From the NCBI RefSeq assembly GCF_036321535.1, contig NC_087451.1, positions 19,716,001-19,780,000 of the forward strand: a DNA stretch of 64,000 nt. The letters are read 5' to 3'. How positions within the stretch are numbered: position 1 is the stretch's first letter; the number at the start of each line of letters is the position of its first letter. Both the position numbers and the translations under genes were made by a program. Shown here piece by piece: positions 40,824-53,291 of the stretch. The DNA is from Camelus dromedarius. Its lineage: Eukaryota. The notes beneath the pieces were generated by a model that was not told the DNA's origin, searched no databases, and worked only from the letters and a program-made list of their open reading frames with translations.

Positions 40824-40879
40824 ACGTCTGACACAATGGCCGGGTGGGGCTGAGGAATTGGCTTCCTCTGCGGAGATTT

Positions 40880-41007
40880 CAATCTGGGCCCTCAGTTCCC
40901 GCCCAGAAACACAGAACAGACACTCAGAGAGACCGGGCCCCACAATCCTTGCTCCAAAGGGCAGGCAGGACAGGCTGAAAATAGAAACTGCTTCCAAAAA
41001 GATAAAG
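40880..41007 (+). other. ARHGEF15: Possible non-coding exon 1 of ARHGEF15
   Basis: Donor AAG|GTAAAT at 41007/41008, about 1.9 kb upstream of the acceptor at 42935/42936; the 5' end is a guess. Confidence 0.3.
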
Positions 41008-42981
41008 GTAAATTCAGGGGGAGCTACTGCAGAGTTAGGGATTGGGAACATGGGTTGGGGGGATCCCTTGGTGGGAAATCGTAGGCTGGCTCACACCCAG
41101 GAGATAGATTGGATGCTAAAAGGACAGGCTGTCATGTGAGGTGTGGGAGGGACACATACCATCCCTCAGTGACCAGAGGTGTCTAGAGCCCATGCCCTTC
41201 TGCTAGACGTCCCCCTGCCATTGCCACCCCATCCTCACCCCCACCCCTCCACCCCTAGCCCCTGTGAGCCCCCCCATGCAGCAATGCAGACCCAGAACAG
41301 AGTGTGCGCATATGGAACAGCCCACTCTCCATGCCTGAGTTTTAGCCTTTCCCCAGACGCTGTTAACCTCCCAAATCTGGCATTCAGGGTCCCTCGCATC
41401 TTCCAGAGCCCCAGTGTGCGCATGTGGAGTGTGGTGTGGTTTGGAGGGGGGGTGTCCGGTTGGGAGGAGGATCCGATTCCTGTTTCCTGCCCCTACTCAC
41501 TCAGCCCGGGAGGTGATTGAGAGTGGAGAGGACTCAAGGGTGAGTGCTTGGGCAGAGGACCTGGGTCCCTGCAAGAGGCCCTAGTAGGGGGCTGGGGGAA
41601 GGAAGTAAGTGCAGGTATCTGAGGTGGGCAGGGATCTCCGAGGGGGGTAAGGCTGGGGAGGAGCTGGCCAGCTGGCGAGGCTTACTGCCTGGGTCACCTA
41701 AGGAGCTTCCTGCCAAAACACAGAGGCCATTGAGCTGCAAGACTCCCAGCCTACAGCCCTGAGCCCCCAGCCTACATCATTTCTCAAAAACCAGTCTGGG
41801 GCCTGGAGGGGTCTGATTCTCCTGCTGACTGCTCAGGGGAGTGTGGGGCTGCCCAGTCTCCCAGCCTCGACCCTGCAGCCTTCTCAGGATTACAGCCACC
41901 TTCCCCATGAGAGGAAGTGAGCCCAGGCCGCAGCGTCTTGGCCCCACTGGTCCTCACCTTCAGTCTGGTCTCCCAACTACCCCCCAAGGCATCCCAGTGG
42001 GACCCAGGCTTCTCATGGGGCATCTCTCTGTGACCAGATGGGGGGCAGGGGGGAGGCAGGGATGAGGATGGGGCAGGAGAGACCATGCCCGGGGCCTCCT
42101 GGTCTCTTGGGGTCAGAGGCTCCAGGAATCTTCATGGCAGGAAAAGGAGACTAAAAATAATCCGGAAAGGGAGAGTCCGGAGAGAGGAACTGGGAAATGG
42201 GGGCGGAGGGCCCGCTGGCGCAGGGAAATAGTGATGCATCCCGCACAGCCCAGGCATGGGCGGGCATGCAGGCAGACACACACCACACACACGCCCCACA
42301 CAGACCCACAGACAGCACAGAACACACACACCCTCGCACCCCCATCTCACAGTGCACACCACGCACGGCGTTCTCCACTCTCCTACTATGGGCCCACATG
42401 TAACGACGGATACAGCATACAACACCCTGTGCATATAGCACTAGAAATAGCGCACACACGATGTCCACACATACTTAAACCACACATGCAAACCTCTGCA
42501 ACACACACTACAGACACAAAACACAATTCATCAGGGAGACACGTGGCAGCCATACTAGCATGCCCCATTTCCCTTACTGATGGGGTCTCTTGTACACATC
42601 CCCAACCTAGGTCTCTACCCAGGCGCCCCCACCCCAGCCTCACTGTCTCCTCTGGCCTGACTGTGGCAGCAGAAGCCAAAAGACAGAGGCTGGGAGGGCC
42701 AAGAAAGGCTGACCAGGAGGGTCCAGAGTCCTCAGGGAATGGAATGAGGAGGGGTAAGAGATAAAGAGAGAAGACAGTGGAGAAGAGAGAGAAAGAGAGG
42801 ACGTGCACCAGCTTTCCCTCCTGACTGTGACATCATGGTTCATTTGCTGACAATTCTGCTTCAAGGCCTCGATCTACCCATGGTGGGGTGGGCACTAAGG
42901 GTCTCTCTCTCTCTTTCTCCCTCCCTCTTCTTCAGGGGATGACTCCAGCAGAGCACCCCACTCCTTTGAAGAGCTCAGAAG

Positions 42982-45900
42982 ATGTCAGCCCAGTCTCTTC
43001 CCACAGCAACACCCCCTACCCAGAAGCCCCCTCGGATCATCCGCCCCCGCCCCCCTTCTCGCCCCCGGACTGCCCAGTCCCCCGGGCCCCACCACAACGG
43101 CTCCTCTCCGCAAGAACCTCCCCTCACTGCCAATGATGCCCCCAACCTAATGTGCACCCCCATCTTCTGGGAGCCCCCAGCCTCGTCCCTCAAGCCCCCA
43201 GCCTTTCTGCCCCCATCGGCTTCTAAAGCCAGCCTCGACTCCCAGACTTCCCCAGACTCTCCTTCCGGCACCCCCAGTCCCGGGTCCCGGCGCTCCATCT
43301 CCCCGGAACCTACTCCCCGGTCTCCAGTACCCCCACCCAAACCCTCTGGGTCACCCAACACACCTCTGCCCCTGCACCCTACGGCCGGGGTCCTGGCCCA
43401 GGCTGGCTCTGCCTCGGCCCCAGGCACTGTGCGGAGACTGGCTGGCAGGTTTGAATGGGGCACTGAAGGCAGGATCCAGGCTGTGGACACCGTGGAGTCG
43501 GGTCCCCCAGGGGGAGTGGATGTGAATGGGGAGACAGAGCCTCCTCAGGGCATCCTCGCTGGGAGTGGGTCCCAGGAGAACGGCCCTCCAGGTAAGCCCC
43601 TCATGGACCCGCTCAATCCAGCTCCTCTTCTTTGTTTTTAGTCCTTCAAGACTGGGTAGTTTCAGGGACTATTTTTTCAAAAATGGATTCTGTGTTTGGA
43701 AAAATCTGGTTTTCATATTTCTGGGGGTTTGAAGAGTCAGGGTGGAGGAGATAGAGGCCTAGCGCTGGACTTCCATGTTCCTGCTGCTGGGCAGGTGAAG
43801 GGGAGGGCGGAGGCCTGGGCAGGTCCTGAGTGTGCCCCTGCCCTCCACAGATGCTGCCCTGGTCTGCCCTCCCTGCTGCCCCTGTGTCTGCCATGTCACC
43901 CGGCCTGGCCTGGAGCTCCGATGGGTGCCTGTAGGGGGCTACGAGGAGGGATCCAGGGCCCCCTGCCGGGCCTCCCCGCTGCGGACCTCTCGCTCCCGCC
44001 CCAGCCCTCCAAGCCTCAGTCACCCCCCAGTCGTCCTCACGTCCTACCGCTCCACCGCCGAGCGCAAACTCCTGCCACCCCTCAAACCCCCCAAACCAAC
44101 TCGGGTCAGACAGGACGTCACCACCTCTGGGGACCCCCCACAGCCAGAGCTCGATCTGCCCTCCGAAGATGGAATCCAAGCAGGTACAGGGCCTGGAGGA
44201 GTGGACCTCTGTGCTGGGAAGAGAAGGGGTGGAGGCGGAGTAGTCTAAAAACCAACTAACTACAACCCCCAGCAGGCCCTGGGCTGCTTCCGGCTGGGGC
44301 CCGGGGTGGGGGGGCTGACCGGAGTTGTAGTTTTTATAGTAACAGTCTCTGCTGGGCCCAGAGTCAGGAGTCCTGGCCTGGGGATCCTGGAGGTTTGTCT
44401 CTTCACTCTGAGTTCCCTCTCTAGGGGATGGTCCTGACGGAGCCCCTCAGCAAGATCCTCCAGCAACCACGGAGGGCAGGTACCGAACACCCCCACCCTT
44501 ACCCCTACCTGAGAGCAGACTAACCTTGGCGTCCACCTAAATCCTACCCTCACAAGTGTGCAGAGAAGGGCTAGGGCTATAGGGACCAGCAGCCCTGGTT
44601 TCTAATCCCAGCTTTGTCCCTTTTTACACTTCACTATACCTCTCCAGGTCTCAGCTTCCTCACCTGTGAAATACCAAAAATACCATACGGTTGTTGAGGT
44701 ATGATGATAGTTGAAGAGCCAGGCCCAGAGTCCCCCCACCTGATCTTCTATTGAAATTATTGTCTGCAAATACATTTGGCAACCAGGAACATCTCTCCTG
44801 TGTTATTTGGGCCTGTTAGTCAGATTCACCACCCTTATCAGAGTTAATCTGTCTGAGGCGACTCATTTATTCGATAAACACTTACTGGAGTTTGTATCTG
44901 CTCTCTAGAACCCCTGTACCAGAATTATTCTCCTGGGTTTTTACTCTGGGTGAATGGGTGTGCAGTGGTGCTGATCCCCAGGACAGAGTGGGGATGTGTA
45001 AGAGCTGAGTTGGACCAGAGGGGAGGGTGTTAGAGCACATTCTTAGCATGCATGAGGCCCTGGGTTCAATCCCAAGTGTCTCCTCTAAGAATAAATAAAC
45101 AAACCTAATTACCACCCACTCCCCCCCTAAAAAACTTAAAAGAAAAAAAAAGAGTTGGGCTGGACTCTGTTGAGTTGCACCAAGGCACAAGTAGGACATT
45201 CCAGACAATGGTCGTTACATGAGAGCCCTGGAGACAGGGGCTTGGAAGTCTCTGGTACACGGTAGTCGACATCACAGGAACAGAGGGCCCCACTTAACAG
45301 AGCTTCACATACAACAGGCACATGAAAAATCTGGGGTTTGGTCAGGGTCCCTGCATACAACCCCTACCACTATCATGTGGATAGCACCCCCTGCAGGCGT
45401 GCACCGGTGGTGGTTCTGGGGGACCTCATCCCTTTCTCTTTCCACAGGGATGAGGAGGGGCTGGAGGAGCTGAAAGAGCAGAACTGGGAGCTGCCCCTGC
45501 AGGACGGTGAGGGGCTCTGAGACCACTGAGCAGTGGGAAGGGGTCTGGGGCGCTGGACTTCCCTGACGTGCTACGTCTGCTCTCCAGAACCCCTGTATCA
45601 GACTTACCGAGCAGCCGTGCTGTCAGAGGAGCTGTGGGGGGTCGGTGAAGATGGGAGTCCGTCTCCACCCAATCCTGGAGAAGCTCCCACCTTTGCCCGG
45701 CCACCGGGACCTCGCAACACGCTGTGGCAGGAGCTCCCAGCTGTGCGAGCCAGCGGCCTCCTGGAGACCCTCAGCCCCCAGGAGAGGCGCATGCAGGAGG
45801 TGGGTGCACCTGGGGCTGAGCAGGGCGGGCGGCGGGGAGGGGCGTGGGTCCTGGGTCTTGGCCTGGCTGGGAGCTGGGCGTTCCACTCCTGCCCTGCTCT

Positions 45901-48900
45901 TCGCCTCAGAGCCTGTTCGAGGTGGTGACATCCGAGGCCTCGTACCTGCGCTCCCTACGGCTGCTGACTGACACCTTTGTGCTGAGCCAGGCTCTCCGGG
46001 ACACGCTCACCCCTCGGGATCACCACACTCTCTTCTCCAACGTGCAGCGAGTCCAGGGAGTCAGTGAGCGGTCAGTGGGGTCCTGACCTCTTCACAAATC
46101 AGGCCTTGGGAGAAAGCACTCCAGAGCTTTCTCTCTGTCCCCAGGCCTTCCTCCCAGGGTCCAGTTAGGGCCCAGATCTTCCCTCAAGAACCCAGGACAC
46201 CTGGCTCTCTGCACCCTCTCCATTGCTTGTTCCCCACTCCTTCAGGTTTCTGGGGAAGTTACTGTCCCGTGTGCGCTCCTCCCCGCACATCAGCGACCTG
46301 TGCGACGTGGTGCATGCCCACGCCGTGGGGCCGTTCTCGGTGTACGTGGATTACGTCCGGAACCAGCAGTATCAGGAGGAGACTTACAGCCGCCTGATGT
46401 GAGTGTCAGAGGCACGGCCACATCCATTCCCCTTACGGGAGGAAGTTGGAGAGCAGGGTTGGGGGCCAGGCCAGGGCGGGTTGAGGGGTTAGGGCCTTGA
46501 GGCAGACGCCAGCCTGAACCTGCCTCTGCAGGGACACGAACATGCGCTTCTCCGCGGAGCTGCGGCGGCTGCAGAGCCTCCCGAAGTGCCAGCGGCTCCC
46601 GCTGCCGTCTTTCCTGCTGCTGCCATTTCAGCGCATCACGCGGCTCCGCATGCTGCTGCAGGTATCATCCTGGCTTGGGCCCTTCTCAGTCCCACCAAGC
46701 CCGTTGGAGAATTCTCCCCAAGGGCCTCCTGCCCCGCCATCACTATCTCCCACCCCACCAGGAACACAGGAGTACCTTAGTCAGGACTCCTAATCTGGGC
46801 GTCTCTATCTGGGACCCACCAAGCCCGACCTAAAAGTCTCAAGGAGCAGTCTGGGTGCAGGAAAAGAGCCTCTGGCTAGAGACCTGAATTCTAGCCTTAG
46901 CTCTGCCACTAACTGGCTGAGTGACCTTGGGCAGGTCCCCTTCTCTCTCCGGGCCTCAGGGGGAATGTGGTGACTGGTCTTTGAGGTTTTCTCAGCTGTA
47001 TCTTTCATTGTATGCCTTCCCAGTGGGGGTGATATCACCCCCCTCCAAGGAGGTAGAAACTCATTCTTTGGTGGGAGAGATGAAAAAATCTTAAGGATTC
47101 CAATGGTTGTGGTACTCCAAAGGGCCGTGCTACCTAAATAGATATACAGTATATCTGCGGTATTAAAATTCTTTGGGTGGGGAGGGGGGAGCCGCGGGTG
47201 ACAATTAGAGGAAAAATGTCTAAAAAGGCTCCTTAGTCGGGGATACTGAAAAAAGGGGTGAGAAATACTCTTCTATTGCAGAATAGATATTTCTCCCTAA
47301 ACCAAGTCACCCAATGTGGGGATCTCAGTGTAAAGGCCTCTAGCTAGATTATCAGTGTCTTTATGTCTTATTCAACTTTACATCTCCCCAGTGTAGACAA
47401 CAACATAATAATGATACTAATCATAATAGCTAACAGCCCTTGGATGTCTGTTCTAGACGCGGTTCTTTTTTTAATGGAGGAACTGAGGATTGAACCCAGG
47501 ACCTTGGGCAGGCTAAGCATGGGCTCTGCCACAGAGCTACACCCATCCCTCCCAGATACGGTTCTAAGTGCTATACACCTCGTTTAACCTTACCAATGAC
47601 TGTGAGAGTAGGAACTGTTATTGACTCCACTGTATAGATGAGGAAACTGAGGCTCAGAGAGGTTAAATAACTTGCCACAAATGACACAGATAATAACTGA
47701 TGGAGACAAACTTTAAATCCAGGCACTCTTAACCCTGTGGTACATTGTTTGTACTAATAGTTGTGGTTAATAATTATTAAAATAATAGCAACCCTCTTTT
47801 CAGCATTTTCAGCATGCTAAGTACTTTGCATATAGCTCCTTGCTGAATCCTCACAACAATGCTTTTGGTATAATAGGTGGGAGTTATTCCCACTTTACAG
47901 ATGGGGAAACTGAGACTCAGAGAGGTACAGTGACTTGCTCAGGGCTATGCACACAGTGTGTGGTGAGGCTGGTCCCCCAGCCCTGTGAACCCCAAAATGC
48001 CAAGCCCAGCAGGGTCCTCTGAGCTGCAGCCCTTCTGAATCCCAGAGCCGCAGAGTAGAGGTCCAGTGACCATTTCTTTTGTGCCCAGAATATCCTGCGC
48101 CAGACAGAGGAGGGGTCCAGCCGCCAGGAGAACGCCCAGAAGGCCCTGGGTGCTATCAGCAAGGTGGGCAGGGGGATGCGGGGGCTGGGAGAGGTGATGA
48201 GGTGGTAGGGAGAGATGGAAGGGGTGGAAGGGAGAAAGGGTGGGTGACTTGGCTCTCCTTTCCCAGATCATTGAGCGTTGCAGCGCCGAGGTGGGGCGCA
48301 TGAAGCAGACGGAGGAGCTGATCCGTCTCGCACAGCGGCTGCGCTTCCACAAAGTCAAGGTTGGTCCCTACCCAGACTCCTCGCTTCCCTTTTCCCGTGG
48401 TGCTGTGGAGAAGTCAGACCCTCCTCCCTGTTCCCCCACAGGCCCTGCCCCTGGTCTCCTGGTCCAGGCGCCTGGAGTTGCAGGGGGAGCTGACAGAATT
48501 AGGATGCAGAAGGGGAGGTGTGCTCTTTGCCTCGCGCCCCCGCTTCACCCCCCTCTGCCTGCTGCTCTTCAGTGATCTGCTGCTCATCACTCAGCCCAAG
48601 AGGTGGGTCCGAGGGCTGGAGGGAACCCAGGCAGGGGGCAGGGGGAGGAGGAGTCCAGCTGGACCTCTGTTCTCCCTTTGAACTTCCTCTTCCCTGGGCA
48701 GTGGGCAGCGGCTACAGGTCCTGGACTATGCCCATCGCTCCCTGGTCCAGGCCCAGCAGGTCCCCGACCCATCTGGACCTCCTACCTTCCGCCTCTCCCT
48801 TCTCAGCAACCACCAGGGCCGCCCCACCCACCGGCTACTCCAAGCTTCATCCCTGTAAGTTATGTCTCCTTCAGAAAACACCCTTGGGAGCCTCACCTGA

Positions 48901-50195
48901 CCTGTCAGTGTCCCCCACCCTCATCCCCAGTCTCTCTCCTCTGAAGTCCCTGCCAACCCCCAGGAAGATCTCCTGGGCCAGCTGTGACCCGTTCCTTATA
49001 TTCCTACCAGATCAGACATGCAGCGCTGGCTGGGAGCCTTCCCTACCCCAGGCCCCCTTCCCTGCTCCCCCGACACCATCTTTGAGGATTGTGGTGAGTG
49101 TCCCCTGGAGGGGAGGCAGGAAGGAGAAGTGAGCCTTTGGGGGAATCTGGGCGAGAAGCTAAAATGAGTCTTGACTCCACTGTAATGTCACCCACCCCCA
49201 GACTGTTCCCAGGAACTCTGTTCAGAGCCTTCCACACCCACTAAGACTGAGGGACGGAGTCCGGAGCCCAGGGCTCCCCTCAAGCACCTACACAAGAGCC
49301 CTGAAGGTGAGAAATTCTTTTATTTATTCATTCAATAAGTATTTATGAAGCACCTATGAGGTGCCACTCACAGTTCTTGGTCCCATGAGCTAAACACGCA
49401 GGTGTTCCTGCCATGCTGGACCACATATTCCAGTGGAGGAGAAACAATAAAGAAGAAACATGATAAATAAGTAAATTTTACAGTGTGTCTGAAGGTGATA
49501 AGTGCTGGTGAAAAACAAAAGTGGAGCAGAGTCAAGGCAGTCAGGAGTCCCGGGGTTGGGTAGTGTTACAAGTTTAAATAGAGAGGTCAAGGTGGACCTC
49601 ATTGAGGAGGTGTCTGGGGGAAGAATGTCCTAGAGGGAGGCAGAGGTCAGGGCAAAGGCGCTATGGCCAGTGTGTTTGAGGAACAGTAAGGAGGCCAGTG
49701 TGGCTGGAGGGAGTGAGGACAGTGGGGAGAAGCAGATGAGGTCATAGAGATAACGGGGACCAGATTGCGTGGGTCCTCGTAGCTTCCTGTTAGTACTCTG
49801 GCCCTCACTCTGAGTGAGATGGGGAGTCAGTGCGGGGCTTGACAGAGGAGGGACCCCGACCCTCTTTGCTGCTGCGGTCTCCTCCACCTCTAATGGCCCT
49901 TTTACCAGTGCTCCAGGCTTTTCCACTAATTCCCACTCCCGCCATGACCCTCAGGCATTTGACCTCCTCCTGGGCTTTCTCTCCCCCCTGACCTACCCCC
50001 TGCCCCAGCCCCACTTGGGCACTCGTTGTCTCTTTTTCCCCAGGCTGGCTGAAGGGGCTTCCCGGGGCCTTCCCTGCCCAGCTGGTGTGTGAAGTCACAG
50101 GGGAACACGAAAGGAGGAAGCACCTTCGCCAGCACCAGAGGCTCCTGGAGGCTGTTGGGCCCTCTTCAGGCCCCCCTGGTGCCCCCCCACTCTAA
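42982..50195 (+). CDS. ARHGEF15: Rho guanine nucleotide exchange factor 15 (Ephexin5), 844 aa
   Basis: Exons 42982-43591, 43851-44183, 44425-44479, 45448-45506, 45588-45799, 45910-46070, 46246-46398, 46532-46661, 48089-48163, 48267-48359, 48442-48602, 48702-48854, 49011-49093, 49202-49306, 50044-50195 (2535 nt). Pro-rich N-terminus MSAQSLPTATPPTQKPPR, EPLYQTY motif, DH domain (ESLFEVVTSEASYLRSL, SFLLLPFQRITRL), PH domain (LLLFSDLLLITQPK); GT-AG introns. Confidence 0.97.
45020..45151 (+). mobile_element. tRNA-Ala-derived SINE (camelid Vic-1-like), ARHGEF15 intron
   Basis: cttagcatgcatgaggccctgggttcaatccc B-box core, aataaataaacaaacctaattacc tail, A-tail, imperfect TSD aagag(c/t)tg(a/g)g(t/c)tggac. 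Confidence 0.85.
47466..47553 (-). mobile_element. tRNA-derived SINE (Vic-1-like), ARHGEF15 intron
   Basis: Reverse complement of the same head (gattgaacccaggacc...gctaagcatg), T-tail, TSD-like agac/tacggttct. Confidence 0.8.
47570..47960. mobile_element. MIR elements
   Basis: MIR core gatgaggaaactgaggctcagagaggttaaataacttgcc (twice). Other MIRs at about 430-575, 17040-17160, 31600-31720, 46870-46960, 56750-56930, 59030-59200, 61150-61400. Confidence 0.8.
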
Positions 50196-50933
50196 TGCAG
50201 GCTGGGGGAGCGGCTCAAGTTGGACAGCTGACAGTGTGGCACAGAGAAGACAAAGCCCATCCATCCACTGGAATCGCTGTCAGTGGAAACGCTACCTCTA
50301 GTGGCAACCAATAGGGATGGAACTTCAAGACTGCGCAGCCAATGAAAACGGCCGTCGGAGCCCACGCATCAGGGAGGATGAAGATGGCTTGAGTGCGTTG
50401 CCAATGGAGACAGAGGCTTAGTGCAGAGCAGCCAATGGGTGCTGAGCTGGCTGAGCCCCTGGCCAACGAGTACCCCTTCTAAGCTCACAGCAGGACGAGG
50501 AAGCTAGGTCAATGCAGTTAAAAGAGGGCTGCATTGGAGATAAAGACCTAGGATAAAATAGCCTACAGCGATGAGCAGGGACCCATCCAGCCAAAGAAGA
50601 TGGTGATCTGGGCCCAAGAGACCAGTAGGAACTCTGCTTGGTGCTATAGCAATGACTCTCTTGCCCTTTGAGTCTGGGAAGTATTAGACCCCATTCCTGG
50701 GGTGCCTCCTGTGTCCTCTTAAGCCAGTTCCTCTCTTTTAGAAGAATCCAGAGTGTGTGTCTCAGAGAATCTGTGTGTGTGCATATGTCTGTATACATAT
50801 CAGGCAAGGTGATTCTGCTGAACGTGATGTGTGTGGTCTTGCCCCCCTCTCGGAGGACTGAGTGCTCCATTTCTCCCTGCACCCCCCTCCCCCGTTCTTC
50901 CTATTAGTCCCCTCAGGAAAGACAGTAGGTCTA

Positions 50934-51013
50934 GGGGGAGGGAAATAGCTTAGTGGTAGAGTGCACGAGGTTCTGGGTTCAATCCCTAGTACCTCCATTA
51001 AAAAAAAAAAAAA
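50934..51013 (+). mobile_element. tRNA-derived SINE (short, internal deletion) in ARHGEF15 3'UTR
   Basis: ggggagggaaatagcttagtggtagagtgcacgaggttctgggttcaatccc, A-tail, TSD-like ca(g/c)taggtct. Confidence 0.85.
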
Positions 51014-52165
51014 GTCACTAGGTCTGAGCTCCAGAGGGGAAGATGCTGGGTGTGGCTTGGCAGCCAGAGGCCGGAGTTGGGGATTAGAGGCCTGGGTCTG
51101 TGTCTCTTGGAGGCCAGGGTTCCATGACAGTTGGAGGGTGATGTTATGGAACAGCCGAGTAAACTGGCAGAGGAGCCTGAGGGACTGAAGATGGCCAGTA
51201 GCTGGGGTCTGAGGCCCCCTGAAGCCTGCAGGCCCTTCTCCTTGCCCAAAGCTTGGCCTTCACAATCTCTACCTGCAGATCCTCCAACCTGAACTATAGC
51301 CGGCCGTCCAGCCTCAGCCTTGGGCTTCAGACTGGCTCTGGGTCCCAGGTTTGGCTGAAGAAACAGGAGCTGTGGATCACAGGCCAGCCAGTGAGCCTCC
51401 AGGGCTTCCTTGCCTTCATCCTGGCCCTCTCACAGAAACACTGGGCCAAGCAGTGAGGAGAGAACAGAGAGCCAGTGTTTCTGCCAACCCTACCCAGAGC
51501 ATCTGCTTCCAGATGAGAAACTGCCCCCGCACAATGCCAGAGGAGGTGACGGATGGAGACAGAGCAGAACAGAGAGTTGCTGTCAGGTTGGGACTGGGGC
51601 CTGGCACAAAGCCGTCTCCGAGCTAGGTCATCACACCTTTCCTTCAACTCATGCACGGAAACTTGTGCAGGACAGAAACTAGCACACTGGCCACAGGAGG
51701 TGCCATGACTTGGAGACTCAGAGGGAGAAAGGCACTGGTATTTGGCATGTCTATGATTTTGGAGATTCACTTAGCACAGTGCCTGGCATATGAGAAATCC
51801 TCAGTAAATGTCGGTGAAACTGTATTGAGACTCTCTGGGGGAACGTGTGCTTAAAGGAGCGGGTTTCCAAATGTGGCTTTATTAGTGGGGGCAGGGCTGG
51901 TTGAAAAGGGATTCTTTGAGAGCAGGGGTCAGCTCTGCTGGGAACAGGGGCTTGGAGACCAGGTGTGCAGCCTGAGTGTCAGTCCACTTATAGCTTCTGA
52001 GGGCTCTGTGGCAGTGGCTGTGGCGGTGGTGAGAGGGTTGCAGATACTGGAGCAGAGAGTTGCTGCAGGTTGGGGAAGAGGAAGGACGGGTAGAGCCAGA
52101 TACGGCTGAGGCTCCGGCAAGGGATGAAGATGCAGCAAGAAGGACAAAAAGGGTCGTCAGTCAAC

Positions 52166-52171
52166 AATAAA
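52166..52171 (+). terminator. ARHGEF15: Probable ARHGEF15 poly(A) signal AATAAA
   Basis: First canonical AATAAA I found after the stop (about 2 kb), followed by T/GT-rich sequence. Confidence 0.55.
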
Positions 52172-53291
52172 GGTCCTTTGCTGACCAGCCAAGCATCTCC
52201 GTGTTTAATTCATTTTAATCTTACACCTATTTTATTGAGTGCCTTCTATGTGCCAGGGAATCCTCTAGGATCTGGTGATACAGAGATGAAGAAGACAAGG
52301 ACCTTGTCCTCAAGGAGCCTACATTCTAGGCGAGTGGAGGTTGGGCGGAAGTTACTAAGTAAACAAATTAATAAAGTGAGATGAGATTAGGTAGCTGTGA
52401 GTGCTACAAAGAAAATACAGCAAGGGCTATGATACAGCGTCGTGTGTGTGTCTTTGGGGAAGACCCTGGAGGAGGTGACATTTGAGCTGAGACCCAAATG
52501 ACAAGAAGGTTACTGCCCTGGGAAGATCTGGGCAGAGAGCACTCTAGGGGTGGCAACAAGGGAATAGAAGTCCAGGAAGAGAAGGCAGTGGTCATGGGGA
52601 GGGAGCTGGTGTCAGCGCTCCTTGAAGTTTCCTAGTGGGGGGAGTCCCTCAGTACAAACTCCCCCTCTTCCACTGAGATACTTAGAGAGACAAATAGACT
52701 GAGATATCTGGAGGCAGACACAAAACTGCACATGTGCCCCAGATATGTTTTCCCCCAGCTCCTTACTCCCTTTCCTAGTCCTGCCACTTAAGGAAGCCTC
52801 CAGTCTCCGAGTCAGAGATTCTAATATTGAGATAATGGGGAGGTGGAGACCAGTTAAGAGTTGTTTGGGGGACATAAAGGCACATAAATGCAACCACATG
52901 TTCTAAAAGAGGGGGGTGGGGAGAGATTGGGGAAGCTGAGACCTTGTTGAGAGTCTCTCTAAGTCAGTATGTGCTCTCCCCGCTCAGCCCTGCTCCTCCA
53001 TATTTGTGGCCTCCATATCTGGGGAGTCGATGATAACACAGACAGCATAGGGCACTGACCTCTCTTTGCGTTGGCCCTTCTATGGCTCTGGGTCTACCAG
53101 CTCGGCCATTATTGCAGGTGAGCTGAGCAATTACGACCTCAAGCAACAGGTGGGTGAGAGGAGCCCGCTTCTCCCCACAGCCTGCTTGTTAGCATAGCCA
53201 GGCTTTCAGTCCATCCCTGAAAACTTCTTTCCTCCTCTTCCCTCTCCCTCTCCCTCAATGCTCCCATCTCTGTGCTTAAAGGATTTTGGGG

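Noticed and set aside
40648-42808. HT/CV-repeat ORFs
   Set aside because: Translations of (CA)n and CA-rich low-complexity DNA.
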